Source: Candidatus Krumholzibacteriota bacterium
GTDB lineage: Bacteria; Krumholzibacteriota; Krumholzibacteriia; LZORAL124-64-63
NCBI GenBank assembly: GCA_039714075.1
Contig: JBDLKA010000001.1
Coordinates: 121,412-185,411, forward strand
Direction: 5' to 3'
Length of the DNA stretch: 64,000 nt
In this document: positions 39,371 through 49,110 of the stretch, in pieces
Position numbering within the stretch: position 1 is the first letter of the stretch
Layout of the letters: every line of letters begins with the position of its first letter
The notes under the pieces: model-generated
The model's database searches: none
What the model saw: the letters and a program-made list of their open reading frames with translations, nothing else
Told to the model about the DNA's origin: nothing
Made by a program: the position numbers and the translations under genes

Positions 39371-40423
39371 TTACGGCTGGGGACGCTGGAAGGAGAAGGT
39401 GCTGGCCACGGCGTCCAGGCGTCGAAAATACCCCATCTTGTCCAAACCCGGGGCATACACCAGAAGATCCAGGACAACCATCCTTTGGCGCCGGGTGTCG
39501 GGAATGAAGTAGCACCAGAAGGCCCCTCCACCCGAGAATTTATTGCTGGTCCAGGCCCCTTCGAGCTTGACGCAGGTCACGCCCCCGATGACCGCGGGGC
39601 TCCACAGGAAGGAGGAAGGAATGATCTCTTCGTCATGGAGTTTTTCCCCGAGCAGGGCTCTCATGGCGGCCAGGCCTTCCTGATCATCCAGAAGAGCCGC
39701 AGGGTCGGCCGCCTTGCTGAACGCCAGGCTGATACCCCGCGAGGGTCCGTTTCGCATGAGTTCGAGGCCGGGAAAGCCCTTCGGTTCCAGTTGGTTCTGA
39801 CGGTAGTCCACGGGAAGTTCCAGGAAAACGCCGTACCGGTCCCAGTAGGCGTCCATCAGGGCCGTGTTCAGCCCTTCATACCGATGGCGCCGCAGAATGC
39901 GTTCGCGGTTGCTGTCCTCGAAAAGATCCCTGATGACGACCGTATTCTTGTTCAGGACACTGCCCAGGCTGTTGCGGTCCCGGGAAGCCACGACCACCAC
40001 CTGCTGGTAGGTGGACCACGGATCGACCACCCTGACCACGCCGCCGCCCCCCGCCTTCAGCCTCTCCCAGGCTTCGTCGGACATGAGCTTGCGGGCCGCC
40101 TTTTCCGCCTTGCCCCCGTCGCCGATACGCACCAGGAACAGGGCGTTCTTGTATCCCTTGGCAAGTTCCCACCGGGACGGGCCGAAAAAATCCGCCTTGA
40201 AAAGGGGTTCCGGTTTGATGACGAAGATTTTTTCGGGATTCATGCCCGCCATGAACCGGTCGGCCACCGGGCGCAGGGACAGGTCGGACATGACCACGGC
40301 CAGATCACTATAGGATCCGGCCGCCATCAGGATGCCTTTTTCGCTGTCCATCCCGCAGCCCGACACCAGCAGGCACGCCATCAGGATCAGCCCCGCCATG
40401 ATTCGCAACAATGCACTCTCCAT
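39371..40423 (-). CDS. Lipoprotein, DUF4837-like
   Basis: Lipobox LLVSGC; EPLF, W...Q, LEGAW...GGAF and YAPG..K pattern recalled for DUF4837. Confidence 0.65.
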   Translation of the reverse strand: MESALLRIMAGLILMACLLVSGCGMDSEKGILMAAGSYSDLAVVMSDLSLRPVADRFMAGMNPEKIFVIKPEPLFKADFFGPSRWELAKGYKNALFLVRIGDGGKAEKAARKLMSDEAWERLKAGGGGVVRVVDPWSTYQQVVVVASRDRNSLGSVLNKNTVVIRDLFEDSNRERILRRHRYEGLNTALMDAYWDRYGVFLELPVDYRQNQLEPKGFPGLELMRNGPSRGISLAFSKAADPAALLDDQEGLAAMRALLGEKLHDEEIIPSSFLWSPAVIGGVTCVKLEGAWTSNKFSGGGAFWCYFIPDTRRQRMVVLDLLVYAPGLDKMGYFRRLDAVASTFSFQRPQP

Positions 40424-40453
40424 CGGGAGGACCGAAGATCGAGACCCGGAAAA

Positions 40454-41176
40454 CTATTCCTGCTCTAGATTTAGGGCCTTGATATCGCTGGTGTCAAGCA
40501 GGGCTCTCATGGCCCTGATTTCCTGCTGTTGCTGGAACAGCATCCCGCTCAGCCTCTTGTTCTGGTTCCGCAGGCGGTTGATGAGGACCAGGTCGTTCAC
40601 GTTGCGTCCGGACCAACCACGGTCAAAGACGGTTCCGCCGGAACGGATGGTCCCTGCCGCGGAAACCGACCGCTGGATACCAGGGCTGTAAAGTCCCCTG
40701 CCGGAGAAATTTCCTCCGAGGAAAGGCCGCCGGTCCGCACTGCCGGGCCCGCCGTTGGTCGACAGGGTCACGCCGGGGGAAAGTTCGTCGCTGCCATTCA
40801 CGCCCCCGCCCGGGCCGCCTACCGGACCGAGGAACATCGCCAGGGCCAGGACAGCCGCCATCCCCACGGCCGCCGCGGCGCCGAAATTCCTGAACCAGCC
40901 CCACTTGTCCGGGTCGGCTTCATCCCAGGGGTAGACGGCCTGGCCGGCGCTCTGCTGAAGCGCCTGATTGAGCTTCAGCTGAAGCTTCCACTCGAAGTTC
41001 TCCGACAATTCAGGGGTCGTGGCCTCAAGGGCTCGCCGCCCCAGCAGAAGATCTTCCCGGTAATCCCGGCAATCGGCGCAGGAATCCAGATGACTGGTCA
41101 CATCACCCGTCACAGCCGGCGGCAGGAGCTCGTCCATCTCCAGGCTGATGTATTCCCTGACCTTTTGGCACCGCAT
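40454..41176 (-). CDS. Anti-sigma factor (zf-HC2 ZAS domain plus TM)
   Basis: MRC...HLDSCADC zinc motif and a single TM; follows the ECF sigma. Confidence 0.85.
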   Translation of the reverse strand: MRCQKVREYISLEMDELLPPAVTGDVTSHLDSCADCRDYREDLLLGRRALEATTPELSENFEWKLQLKLNQALQQSAGQAVYPWDEADPDKWGWFRNFGAAAAVGMAAVLALAMFLGPVGGPGGGVNGSDELSPGVTLSTNGGPGSADRRPFLGGNFSGRGLYSPGIQRSVSAAGTIRSGGTVFDRGWSGRNVNDLVLINRLRNQNKRLSGMLFQQQQEIRAMRALLDTSDIKALNLEQE

Positions 41177-41195
41177 AACAATCGTCCTTTCGACC

Positions 41196-41894
41196 TCAAT
41201 AGTCGTTGTCTTTTTCCTCGGCCACCCGGGCCTCTATTTTTTCGAGTTCCTGCAACAGGGTTTCGTTCTTCAGCATGGGTTTGATAAGCTGTCGGAACCT
41301 GTTGCGGGCCCGGTTGATTCGGGAGCGAACGGTACCGAGCTTCAGCCCCGTGACCTGTTGGATCTCCTCATAACTGAGCTGGTCGACCTCACGCAGCAAA
41401 AAGGGAATCCGGTATTTTTCCGGAATCCGGCTGGTGGCTTCGTTGATGATCCCCGCCAATTCCTCGCGGTGAATCCCCTCCGACGGATCGGCGGTGGTGT
41501 CCGCCGGATCGACCGGCATCTCGTCGTCCTCCGGAGCCGGATTCAAACTGATGATCCGGGGCCGGCGCGACCTCTGCCGCATCTTGTTGCGAACCAGATT
41601 GGTCGCGATGGTGAAGACCCACGTGGAGAATTTGGCTATTTCCCGGTACTTGGCCGCGTGTATGTAGACCCGGATCAATGTTTCCTGGGTCAGCTCTTCG
41701 GCCAGGGTCGGGTCCTTGACCATCCGCAGGATGAAGCTGAAAAGGCGTCCCTTGTACCGGGCCACCAGTTCGTCGAAGGCCTTCTTCTGGCCTTCCTGAA
41801 CCATGACGATGAGATCTTCATCCCGAAAATCACGAAGCTCGGCCCTGCGCGGGGCCGGTTGTCCGTTGAAATTTTCATCGCGTGACAGATTCAC
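41196..41894 (-). CDS. ECF RNA polymerase sigma factor (RpoE/SigW-like)
   Basis: AFDELV, AEELTQETLIRVY, FSTWVFTIATN and LSYEEI...GTVRSRINRAR; GTG start after AAGGAG. Confidence 0.93.
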   Translation of the reverse strand: MNLSRDENFNGQPAPRRAELRDFRDEDLIVMVQEGQKKAFDELVARYKGRLFSFILRMVKDPTLAEELTQETLIRVYIHAAKYREIAKFSTWVFTIATNLVRNKMRQRSRRPRIISLNPAPEDDEMPVDPADTTADPSEGIHREELAGIINEATSRIPEKYRIPFLLREVDQLSYEEIQQVTGLKLGTVRSRINRARNRFRQLIKPMLKNETLLQELEKIEARVAEEKDNDY

Positions 41895-41972
41895 CGTAGA
41901 CTCCTTTTGTCCTCCTGACGGACGGAACCGCATCTCATTTGTATGCTTCACCAGGCCAGGAGTTCCATAAAT

Positions 41973-42833
41973 TTAACGGGTTTCGAGAAACTGGGACAAG
42001 GGCCAAAGAGGCAGAAAAACCTCCGGTTCCGGGGTTTTGACGGCCATATCCAGCGGGGGCTCCAACCGCAGGGTGCCCGGCCGGCGGGAAGAGGTGACCT
42101 CCAACCCGTATCGGTCCGCCCCGGGCGGGCGGAACCAGCCCAGGGAAACGACCTCCCCTTGTCCCCCGGTTCCGCGGCCGCGAGCCACCATCCGGCCCCG
42201 GAAACCGGTCACCGGCCGCTCGCCCCCATCCTCCAGTTCCAACGACGACAGTTGAAAACGCCAGGTGTCGTCACCCGGGTCCGTGGTTGAACCGAAGGCG
42301 GTAAAATACGGGCGGGGAATCCCGCCCCCGCCACCATGGGACGCCGTAAACATGGCGAAAGAGAAATCCGGGCGCTGGTGGGGATAGTCCCGTACCGAAA
42401 CCGTCACCAGGCGAGCCAACTGGGCGAGCCCCGCGGGGACCTGCCGCCATTCCCGCCCCCAGGCGTTCAGGGTTCCGGTGTCTTCAGGACCGAGAATCAG
42501 GGTCCACCCGTCTCCGGTCCGGTCCAGTAGCGACCCCAGCGTTTCGAGCGGGTTGGTGTCGGGGCGGGGCGCGGGATCAAACGATTCCGCCGGCGACTCG
42601 GCGACTTCCACCCGCAGTGAGCCGTCCTCTCCGCCGAGCCAGCAGATGGTCCCGCGGGCCTGCCGGGAATACACCGAGGCGGTCCAGGCCGTGGCCGTCA
42701 GAATGGAATGGTCTTCCCCTGCCGGTGCCGCCGCCGCTTCCTGCCCAACCCACCAAAACCAGGCCAGGGAAACCAGCCAGCACCAAACACCGCGACAGCG
42801 GAGGGAACGTGAAGCGAGGGCGCAGACAACCAT
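41973..42833 (-). CDS. Hypothetical exported protein
   Basis: Fills the gap between the TPR gene and the ECF sigma, co-oriented; signal-like N-terminus. Confidence 0.55.
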   Translation of the reverse strand: MVVCALASRSLRCRGVWCWLVSLAWFWWVGQEAAAAPAGEDHSILTATAWTASVYSRQARGTICWLGGEDGSLRVEVAESPAESFDPAPRPDTNPLETLGSLLDRTGDGWTLILGPEDTGTLNAWGREWRQVPAGLAQLARLVTVSVRDYPHQRPDFSFAMFTASHGGGGGIPRPYFTAFGSTTDPGDDTWRFQLSSLELEDGGERPVTGFRGRMVARGRGTGGQGEVVSLGWFRPPGADRYGLEVTSSRRPGTLRLEPPLDMAVKTPEPEVFLPLWPLSQFLETR

Positions 42834-42837
42834 CGCG

Positions 42838-44748
42838 CTACTCCTTCTCCTCCCGGGCATTTTCGATATCCCCGATCAGGGTGCCGATCCTGTCGGGGTC
42901 ACCGCCCAGGGCCAGGGCGCGTTTGAGGACATCCAGGGCCTCGGAAGCCTGTCCCTGTTCGATGAGGACCATGCCCAGATGTTCCAGGATCACCGGATCA
43001 TCCGGCAACACGTTGACGGCCTGGATGAGAAAATCGAAGGCGTCCTCGAAGCGACCTTTGCGGTACATCACCCAGCCCAGGGAATCCAAGTAGGCCCCGT
43101 TGCCGGGATCAACTTCCAGGGCTTCGCGCACCAGGCCTTCGGCCAGGTCCAGGTCCTTGCCTTTTTCGGCCAGGAAATATCCCAGGGAATTGGCGACTTC
43201 GGGATCCTGGGGAAACTCCCGCCGCAAAAGCTCGAGCGCGTTCCTGGCCTTGGCCTCTTCCCCGTTTTCATCGTGGCAGATGCTCTTTTGAATGAGGGCG
43301 GTCAGGCGCAGATCGGGATTTTCGGCCGCCAGGGAGAACCGCCAGGCCGCCCTTTCGAGATCCTTCAGGGCGCGGAAGGAATAACCCAGCATCATCTGGC
43401 CTTCGGTGTCCTTTTCGGGCACCAGGGTGGTGGCGGTCATGGTCTGGACCCGGAACTCATCGAGTTTGGCCCGTTGGGAGGTGTCGGGAGCGGACGCCCG
43501 CAGGTCCCTTTCCCAGGCCACCAGCATGGCGCGCACGATTCCCAGCCGGATTTCCGGATCGTAGGGATCCAGGACAACGGCTTTGCGGTAATAGTCAACG
43601 GCCCCATCCCAGTTGCCGGTACTTTCCTCGACCTTTCCCCGCAGGTACCAGCCGCGCCCCGCGTCCGGCCATTTGGTCAGGATCTGTTCCACCAGCTCGG
43701 CGCCCTCCTGTTCATGGCCGGTGCCCAGCAGCAGGCGACCCAACCAGAGGCTGGGCCTGAGTCCGAGGCTCCCCTTTTCGGCCAGGGGTTGCAGGATGGC
43801 CAGGGCCTGGTCGATCTGATTGTGCTGCGCGTAATAATCAGCCAATTCCACCGAGAACGAATCGGCGGGCATTCCGGGGAAGGGAGCCTCCCGGGGAAAC
43901 TCGTCGATTTCTGTCGGGTCCACCGGGTCGGTGGTGTCCGGGGCCGCCAAGGTGGAAAAATGAAGGTCCGCTTCCCGGGCGACCGCCAGGGCCTCCTCAT
44001 GCAGGGAAAGTTCGGCCAGGGACCTCATTTTCACCAACCACAGCATGGGTTCATCGGGATACCGGACCAGGGCCTCGTCCATCAACGGAGGTATGCCCGC
44101 CGACTGTTCGGCCTGCCTCATGATGCGGGACATCTCGAGGTAGATGTCCCTCCCCCGCTCGGGGTGCAGATGCAGGCCGTCACGGAGAACGTCGATGGCC
44201 TGGGCGGTTTCCCCGTCGCGGGCGAGTATGGCGGCCTCGGCGGCCAGGACGTCGACGGAGGAGTTTCCCTGGCGGCGGATCTCGCGCAGATCCTCGAGCG
44301 CCTTGTCCCGGTCGCCGGCGGTCAGGTTCAGGGCCGAGCGCCGCAGGCGAAAGGACTGGGAATCCGGCCAGGCGCTGACCAGGGAATCCATGACGTTGAG
44401 GGCGTCCCGCAGGTAGCCCTCCTGGGCCAGGGCCGCCTGAAAGTCCATGGCGATGAGGATGACGTCGGGGTGGGCGCGGTAGGCCTGATGAAGGTAGGGC
44501 AGCGCGTCGGCCGTGTTGCCCTCGATCAACAGCCGGTGACCGATGACCCAGCTCGAAGCCACGCCCGGCGGAACCTCTTCATCTTCCACGATGGGAGGAT
44601 CCTGGTCCTGACCGTAGGCGAAGACGACGCCCGGGAATCCCGCTTCCAGGGACAGGGAGAAAGACAGGGAAGTGGACAGCATCAGGATCAACAGGAATTT
44701 TCCGCTGGGGTTCAGCACCCGGGCTCCTTGGTCAGGGTCGAGAATCAC
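42838..44748 (-). CDS. [11 protein letters not shown] tetratricopeptide-repeat protein
   Basis: Signal peptide, multiple TPRs, C-terminal NSLGYFLA...AYLDSLGWVMY...ILEHLG. Confidence 0.88.
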   Translation of the reverse strand: MILDPDQGARVLNPSGKFLLILMLSTSLSFSLSLEAGFPGVVFAYGQDQDPPIVEDEEVPPGVASSWVIGHRLLIEGNTADALPYLHQAYRAHPDVILIAMDFQAALAQEGYLRDALNVMDSLVSAWPDSQSFRLRRSALNLTAGDRDKALEDLREIRRQGNSSVDVLAAEAAILARDGETAQAIDVLRDGLHLHPERGRDIYLEMSRIMRQAEQSAGIPPLMDEALVRYPDEPMLWLVKMRSLAELSLHEEALAVAREADLHFSTLAAPDTTDPVDPTEIDEFPREAPFPGMPADSFSVELADYYAQHNQIDQALAILQPLAEKGSLGLRPSLWLGRLLLGTGHEQEGAELVEQILTKWPDAGRGWYLRGKVEESTGNWDGAVDYYRKAVVLDPYDPEIRLGIVRAMLVAWERDLRASAPDTSQRAKLDEFRVQTMTATTLVPEKDTEGQMMLGYSFRALKDLERAAWRFSLAAENPDLRLTALIQKSICHDENGEEAKARNALELLRREFPQDPEVANSLGYFLAEKGKDLDLAEGLVREALEVDPGNGAYLDSLGWVMYRKGRFEDAFDFLIQAVNVLPDDPVILEHLGMVLIEQGQASEALDVLKRALALGGDPDRIGTLIGDIENAREEKE

Positions 44749-45572
44749 TCAGGAGTACCTTTGTCACGGTCCAATTGTTCCAGGTCTTCCTCCAGGGTGT
44801 CCAGCGCTTCACGGGCGGCGTGCTGTTCGGCGGTCTTCTTGTTCCGCCCCTCGCCCAGTCCCAGAGTTCGTCCGTTGAAGGTGACGGCCACCTTGAAAAG
44901 CCGGTCGTGGTCCGGTCCGTCGACATCCAGGACCCGGTAACGGGGCGGACTCTTGTGACGGGCCTGAATGAGTTCCTGCAGCCGGCTTTTGTAATTGCGA
45001 AGGGACCGCCGAGCCAGCAGGCTGTCGCTTCCGATCAGGACGATCCGGTTGATGACGCCGTTGGCGGCGCCCAATCCGCCGTCGAGGTAGACGGCGCCGA
45101 TCAACGCCTCGGTGGTGTCGGCCAGGATCGACGAGCGGGTGCGCCCCCCGGTGGCGGCTTCGCTGCGGCTCATCCTGATGTGCACGCCCAGATCGATCTG
45201 GACGGCGACCTCGGACAATCTGGCGCCACACACCAGCAGAGCCTTCATCTTGGTCAGATCACCTTCGGACCGGTCGGGAAAATTCCGAAAGAGTTCTTCA
45301 TTGACCACCAGACCGAGAACCGCGTCCCCCAGGAACTCCAGCCTCTCGTTGGACCGTTCCCTTTCCTGACCCGTGACATGTACGTGGGAGCGGTGCAGAA
45401 GGGCGTTCCGGAGCAGGTTCCGATCACGAAAAACGTAACCCAATTTGGCTTCCAGCGCCTCGTACCCTTTTTCGTGATCCTCATCATCATATCCGTCCGC
45501 CGGCTGTTCCGCGGGGGGTGCCGAACCGGCCAATCTGGCCAGCACCTGGTGGAGAGAATCTTTCAGCCCCAT
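44745..45572 (-). CDS. rnc: Ribonuclease III
   Basis: NERLEFLGDAVL, EALIGAVYLD and dsRBD (NYKSRLQE...G.NKKTAEQ). Confidence 0.96.
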   Translation of the reverse strand: MGLKDSLHQVLARLAGSAPPAEQPADGYDDEDHEKGYEALEAKLGYVFRDRNLLRNALLHRSHVHVTGQERERSNERLEFLGDAVLGLVVNEELFRNFPDRSEGDLTKMKALLVCGARLSEVAVQIDLGVHIRMSRSEAATGGRTRSSILADTTEALIGAVYLDGGLGAANGVINRIVLIGSDSLLARRSLRNYKSRLQELIQARHKSPPRYRVLDVDGPDHDRLFKVAVTFNGRTLGLGEGRNKKTAEQHAAREALDTLEEDLEQLDRDKGTPE

Positions 45573-45657
45573 CGTCCCCAAACCTTTCCGGCGGGTCCGT
45601 GGGGGGCGGCCCGGGCGGCCGGCCCCCACTTCGGGATCATATGATTTTACCGACCGC

Positions 45658-46896
45658 CTACCGCCGGGCCCGGAGACAGAGGGTCACGTTGTGACCGCCG
45701 AATCCGAAGGAATTGGACAGGGCGTATTCGACGTCCTGTTCCACGGCCTGATTGGCGCAGTAGTCCAGATCGCACTCGGGATCAGGATTGTCCAGGTTGA
45801 CCGTCGGCGGAAGAACACCCCGGCCCAGGGCCAGGGCCGTGATCACGGCCTCCACTCCGCCGGCGGCGCCCAGCAGATGGCCGATCATCGACTTGGTCGA
45901 ACTGATCTTCAGGTTGCCGGCATGGTCGCCGAAGACCTGTTTGATGGCCCCGGTTTCCACCTTGTCGTTGAAGAAGGTGGAGGTGCCGTGGGCGTTGATG
46001 TAGCCCACCTGCTCCGGAGCGATGCCCGAAGTCCGCACCGCCTGGGTCATGGAACCGATCGCGCCCCGGCCTTCGGTGTCTGGCTGGGTCATGTGATAGG
46101 CGTCCCCCGTCATGCCGTAGCCGGAAACCTCTCCCAGGATGGTGGCGCCACGAGCCAGGGCGTGTTCCTCGGATTCGAGGACCATGACTCCGGCCCCCTC
46201 ACCCAGCACGAAACCGTCCCGGTCCACGTCGAACGGGCGGCTGGCCTTGTGGGGTTCGTCATTGCGGCTGGACAGGGCCTTCATGTTGGCGAAACCCGAC
46301 AGGGCCATGTTGCAGATGGCCGCTTCGGACCCGCCGGAAATCATGACGTCCGCGTGGCCGAGCAGGATCTGGTCATAAGCCGCCCCGATGGCGTGGCCGC
46401 CCGAGGCGCAGGCGCTCACGGTGCAGAAATTCGCCCCGCGGAAACCATAGCGGATCGATACCATGCCGGCGGCCATATCGCCGATCATCATGGGAATGAA
46501 GAGGGGGGAAACCGCACGGGCGCCACGGGCCACGAAGCGGCTGTGCTGGTTTTCAAAGGTCAGCATCCCGCCGATGCCGGAGCCGATGATGACGCCGGCC
46601 CGGTACGGATCGGACACCTCGGTTATGCCCGACTGTTCCATGGCTTCCACGGAGGCGGCCATGGCGAACTGGCAGAAGCGGTCCGCCTTGCGGGCTTCCT
46701 TCGGGTCCATGTGCGTGGTGGGATCAAAATCCCGGATCTGGGCGGCGAAAGTGGTTTTGAATCCCTCCAGATCCATGCCTTCAATGGGGCCGATCCCGTT
46801 CGTGCCGGCGGCCAGGGCCTTCCAGGAAGACTCCCTGTCCAATCCGACCGAGGTGACCATGCCCATACCGGTTATTACGACTTTGCGCGAAGCCAA
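45658..46896 (-). CDS. fabF: 3-oxoacyl-ACP synthase II
   Basis: SACASG, NAHGTST, KSMIGHLLGA and SNSFGFGGHN; TTG start after GGAGG. Confidence 0.97.
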   Translation of the reverse strand: MASRKVVITGMGMVTSVGLDRESSWKALAAGTNGIGPIEGMDLEGFKTTFAAQIRDFDPTTHMDPKEARKADRFCQFAMAASVEAMEQSGITEVSDPYRAGVIIGSGIGGMLTFENQHSRFVARGARAVSPLFIPMMIGDMAAGMVSIRYGFRGANFCTVSACASGGHAIGAAYDQILLGHADVMISGGSEAAICNMALSGFANMKALSSRNDEPHKASRPFDVDRDGFVLGEGAGVMVLESEEHALARGATILGEVSGYGMTGDAYHMTQPDTEGRGAIGSMTQAVRTSGIAPEQVGYINAHGTSTFFNDKVETGAIKQVFGDHAGNLKISSTKSMIGHLLGAAGGVEAVITALALGRGVLPPTVNLDNPDPECDLDYCANQAVEQDVEYALSNSFGFGGHNVTLCLRARR

Positions 46897-47040
46897 GGCT
46901 TAACCTCCAGGGTCTACTGGATATCCACCAGTCAAACCAGTGTCATAATCATACCCGGTTCCACCACACCAAAAAGGATGGAACCGGGCAACCTGTGCCG
47001 GGCCGTTGAAGGGTTCAACGGACCGGAATTGGGATTTTGA

Positions 47041-47277
47041 TCAGTCGAGGTGCGACTCGAGATAGTCGATCGCATCCTGAACCGTGCGCAGTTTCTCCTG
47101 ATCCTCTTCGGGGATCGTGAGATTGAACTGCTCTTCCAGATCCATGACCAGCTCAACCGTATCGAGTGAATCCGCACCCAAATCTTCGGTGAACGACGCT
47201 TCGGGAGTGATCTGCTCGGGGTTGACCGACAGTTTCCTCTGGATGATCTCGTACACCTGTTCCTGAATCGACGCCAT
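47041..47277 (-). CDS. acpP: Acyl carrier protein
   Basis: DLGADSLDTVELVM. Confidence 0.97.
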   Translation of the reverse strand: MASIQEQVYEIIQRKLSVNPEQITPEASFTEDLGADSLDTVELVMDLEEQFNLTIPEEDQEKLRTVQDAIDYLESHLD

Positions 47278-47314
47278 GTCAGGTTACCCTCCTGGGGAAC
47301 GTGAAAGGTTTATC

Positions 47315-48046
47315 TTACGCAATCATGCCGCCATCCACCACCAGGGTCTGCCCGGTGATGTAGGAGGCCTCCGGAGACAAAAGGAACTTGACCACGCCGG
47401 CCACGTCCTTCCCCTCGCCGAAGCGTTTCAGGGGAATCTGGGCCAGCATGTCCGCCTGTACCTTTTCAGGCAGATCGGCGGTCATGTCGGTGGCGATGAA
47501 GCCGGGCGCCACCGCGTTGGCGGTCACTCCCCGGCTGCCAAGTTCCTTGGCCACCGACTTGGTCAGGGCGATGATACCGGCCTTGGAGGCCGCATAATTG
47601 GCCTGGCCGGCATTGCCGGTCAAACCTATCACCGAAGAAATATTGATGATACGCCCGAATCGCGCACGCATCATAATGGGGGCCACGGCCCTTGTAAAGT
47701 AGAAGGTACCACCCAGATTGACATCGATGGGCGCCTGCCAGTTTTCGGGATTCATGCGCATCAGCAGGCCGTCGCGGGTCATGCCCGCATTGTTGACCAA
47801 CCCGAAGATGTCGCCGAATTTTTCGTGCGCTTCGGCCACGATACGCTGGACATCCTCGAAATCGGAAATGTCCCCCGGAAACGCGGCTACGCTGCCGTCG
47901 GGTCCCAGCTCGGCCGCCAGTTCCTCCAGTTTGTCGGCGCTGCGGGCCACGAGGGCCAAACGATAGCCGGCCTGGGCCAGTTCCCTGGCGATCGCTTCGC
48001 CGATGCCACGGCTGGCTCCTGTTACGATGACGGTTCCGTTGGTCAT
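47315..48046 (-). CDS. fabG: 3-oxoacyl-ACP reductase
   Basis: TGASRGIG, NNAGMTRD, NYAASKAG and PGFIATDMT. Confidence 0.96.
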   Translation of the reverse strand: MTNGTVIVTGASRGIGEAIARELAQAGYRLALVARSADKLEELAAELGPDGSVAAFPGDISDFEDVQRIVAEAHEKFGDIFGLVNNAGMTRDGLLMRMNPENWQAPIDVNLGGTFYFTRAVAPIMMRARFGRIINISSVIGLTGNAGQANYAASKAGIIALTKSVAKELGSRGVTANAVAPGFIATDMTADLPEKVQADMLAQIPLKRFGEGKDVAGVVKFLLSPEASYITGQTLVVDGGMIA

Positions 48047-48072
48047 TTCAAACTCCTCGAACTCGATTGGCT

Positions 48073-49062
48073 TCAATCACCGACCTGGCCAGCGGGCGGA
48101 TTGTTTTCGGCCAGGAATTCCAGCACCCCGTCCAGATCGTCCGCCGTTCCGACCGGCAGGAATTTTACTTCGGGATAGGCGCGTTTCGCAAGGTTTGTCA
48201 GGACGCGTCCGGGACCGATTTCCAGGACCACGCGCGGCGGGGTTCCGTTTCCGCCGCCGATGACCTTCATGATGTCGTGCCACAGGACGGGCGAGGTCAA
48301 CTGCCTGGCGAACCCGTCAGTCACGTCCGCGGCCGAAGTCACGGCCCGGGCATGGACGTTGGCCACCAGAGGCACGGCGGGTTCGTCGATTCGGATCCCC
48401 GCCAGGAAATCCCGGAACGCGGCCGCTGCATTTTCCAGGAGCGGGGAATGGAAAGCCCCGCTGACATTAAGAGGAATAACCCTGCGGGCCCCGGCCGCTG
48501 ACAGGGCCTGGCCCGCGGCGGCGACGGCATCCACGTCTCCGGAAATGGCTATCTGGGAATCGGAATTGTGGTTGGCCAGGACGACCACGCCCCCGGACGC
48601 GGAAACCCCGGCACATATCTCCCGCACCTTGTCGCCGTCCAGGCCGAGAACGGCGGCCATGGTCCCGGGAATCTCCTGCCCGGCGGCAAACATCAGTTCC
48701 CCCCGCTTGCGGACCAGACGCAGACCGTCGGCGGGTGACAGGACATCGGCGGCGACGGCCGCACTGAATTCGCCGAGCGAGTGGCCGGCCACCACCGAGG
48801 GCATCACGCCGAGATCGCGCAAAGCCAGGCTGACGGCCACCGAATGGGCGAGAATCGCGGGCTGGGCGTTGCGGGTCTCGGTCAGCACCTCACCCGGACC
48901 TTCGAACATGATCTCCGTCAGGTTCTCCCCCAGGATCTCGTCGACACCGCCGAGGAATTCGGCGGCCGGTCCGGACCCGGCGGCGAGATCCCGCGCCATG
49001 CCCACGCTCTGTGAGGCCTGGCCCGGAAAGATCATGGGAACGCGGTGGAGAATATCAGTCAT
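48073..49062 (-). CDS. fabD: Malonyl-CoA:ACP transacylase
   Basis: FPGQASQ, GHSLGE and VSGAFHS. Confidence 0.96.
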   Translation of the reverse strand: MTDILHRVPMIFPGQASQSVGMARDLAAGSGPAAEFLGGVDEILGENLTEIMFEGPGEVLTETRNAQPAILAHSVAVSLALRDLGVMPSVVAGHSLGEFSAAVAADVLSPADGLRLVRKRGELMFAAGQEIPGTMAAVLGLDGDKVREICAGVSASGGVVVLANHNSDSQIAISGDVDAVAAAGQALSAAGARRVIPLNVSGAFHSPLLENAAAAFRDFLAGIRIDEPAVPLVANVHARAVTSAADVTDGFARQLTSPVLWHDIMKVIGGGNGTPPRVVLEIGPGRVLTNLAKRAYPEVKFLPVGTADDLDGVLEFLAENNPPAGQVGD

Positions 49063-49110
49063 GTTGACCCCAGCGCCGGATGCTCCGGCGATTGAATGCC
49101 AAAAAGAGAA

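Noticed and set aside
42478..44940. 820-aa plus-strand ORF
   Set aside because: Antisense shadow of the TPR gene and its neighbours; caused by codon bias
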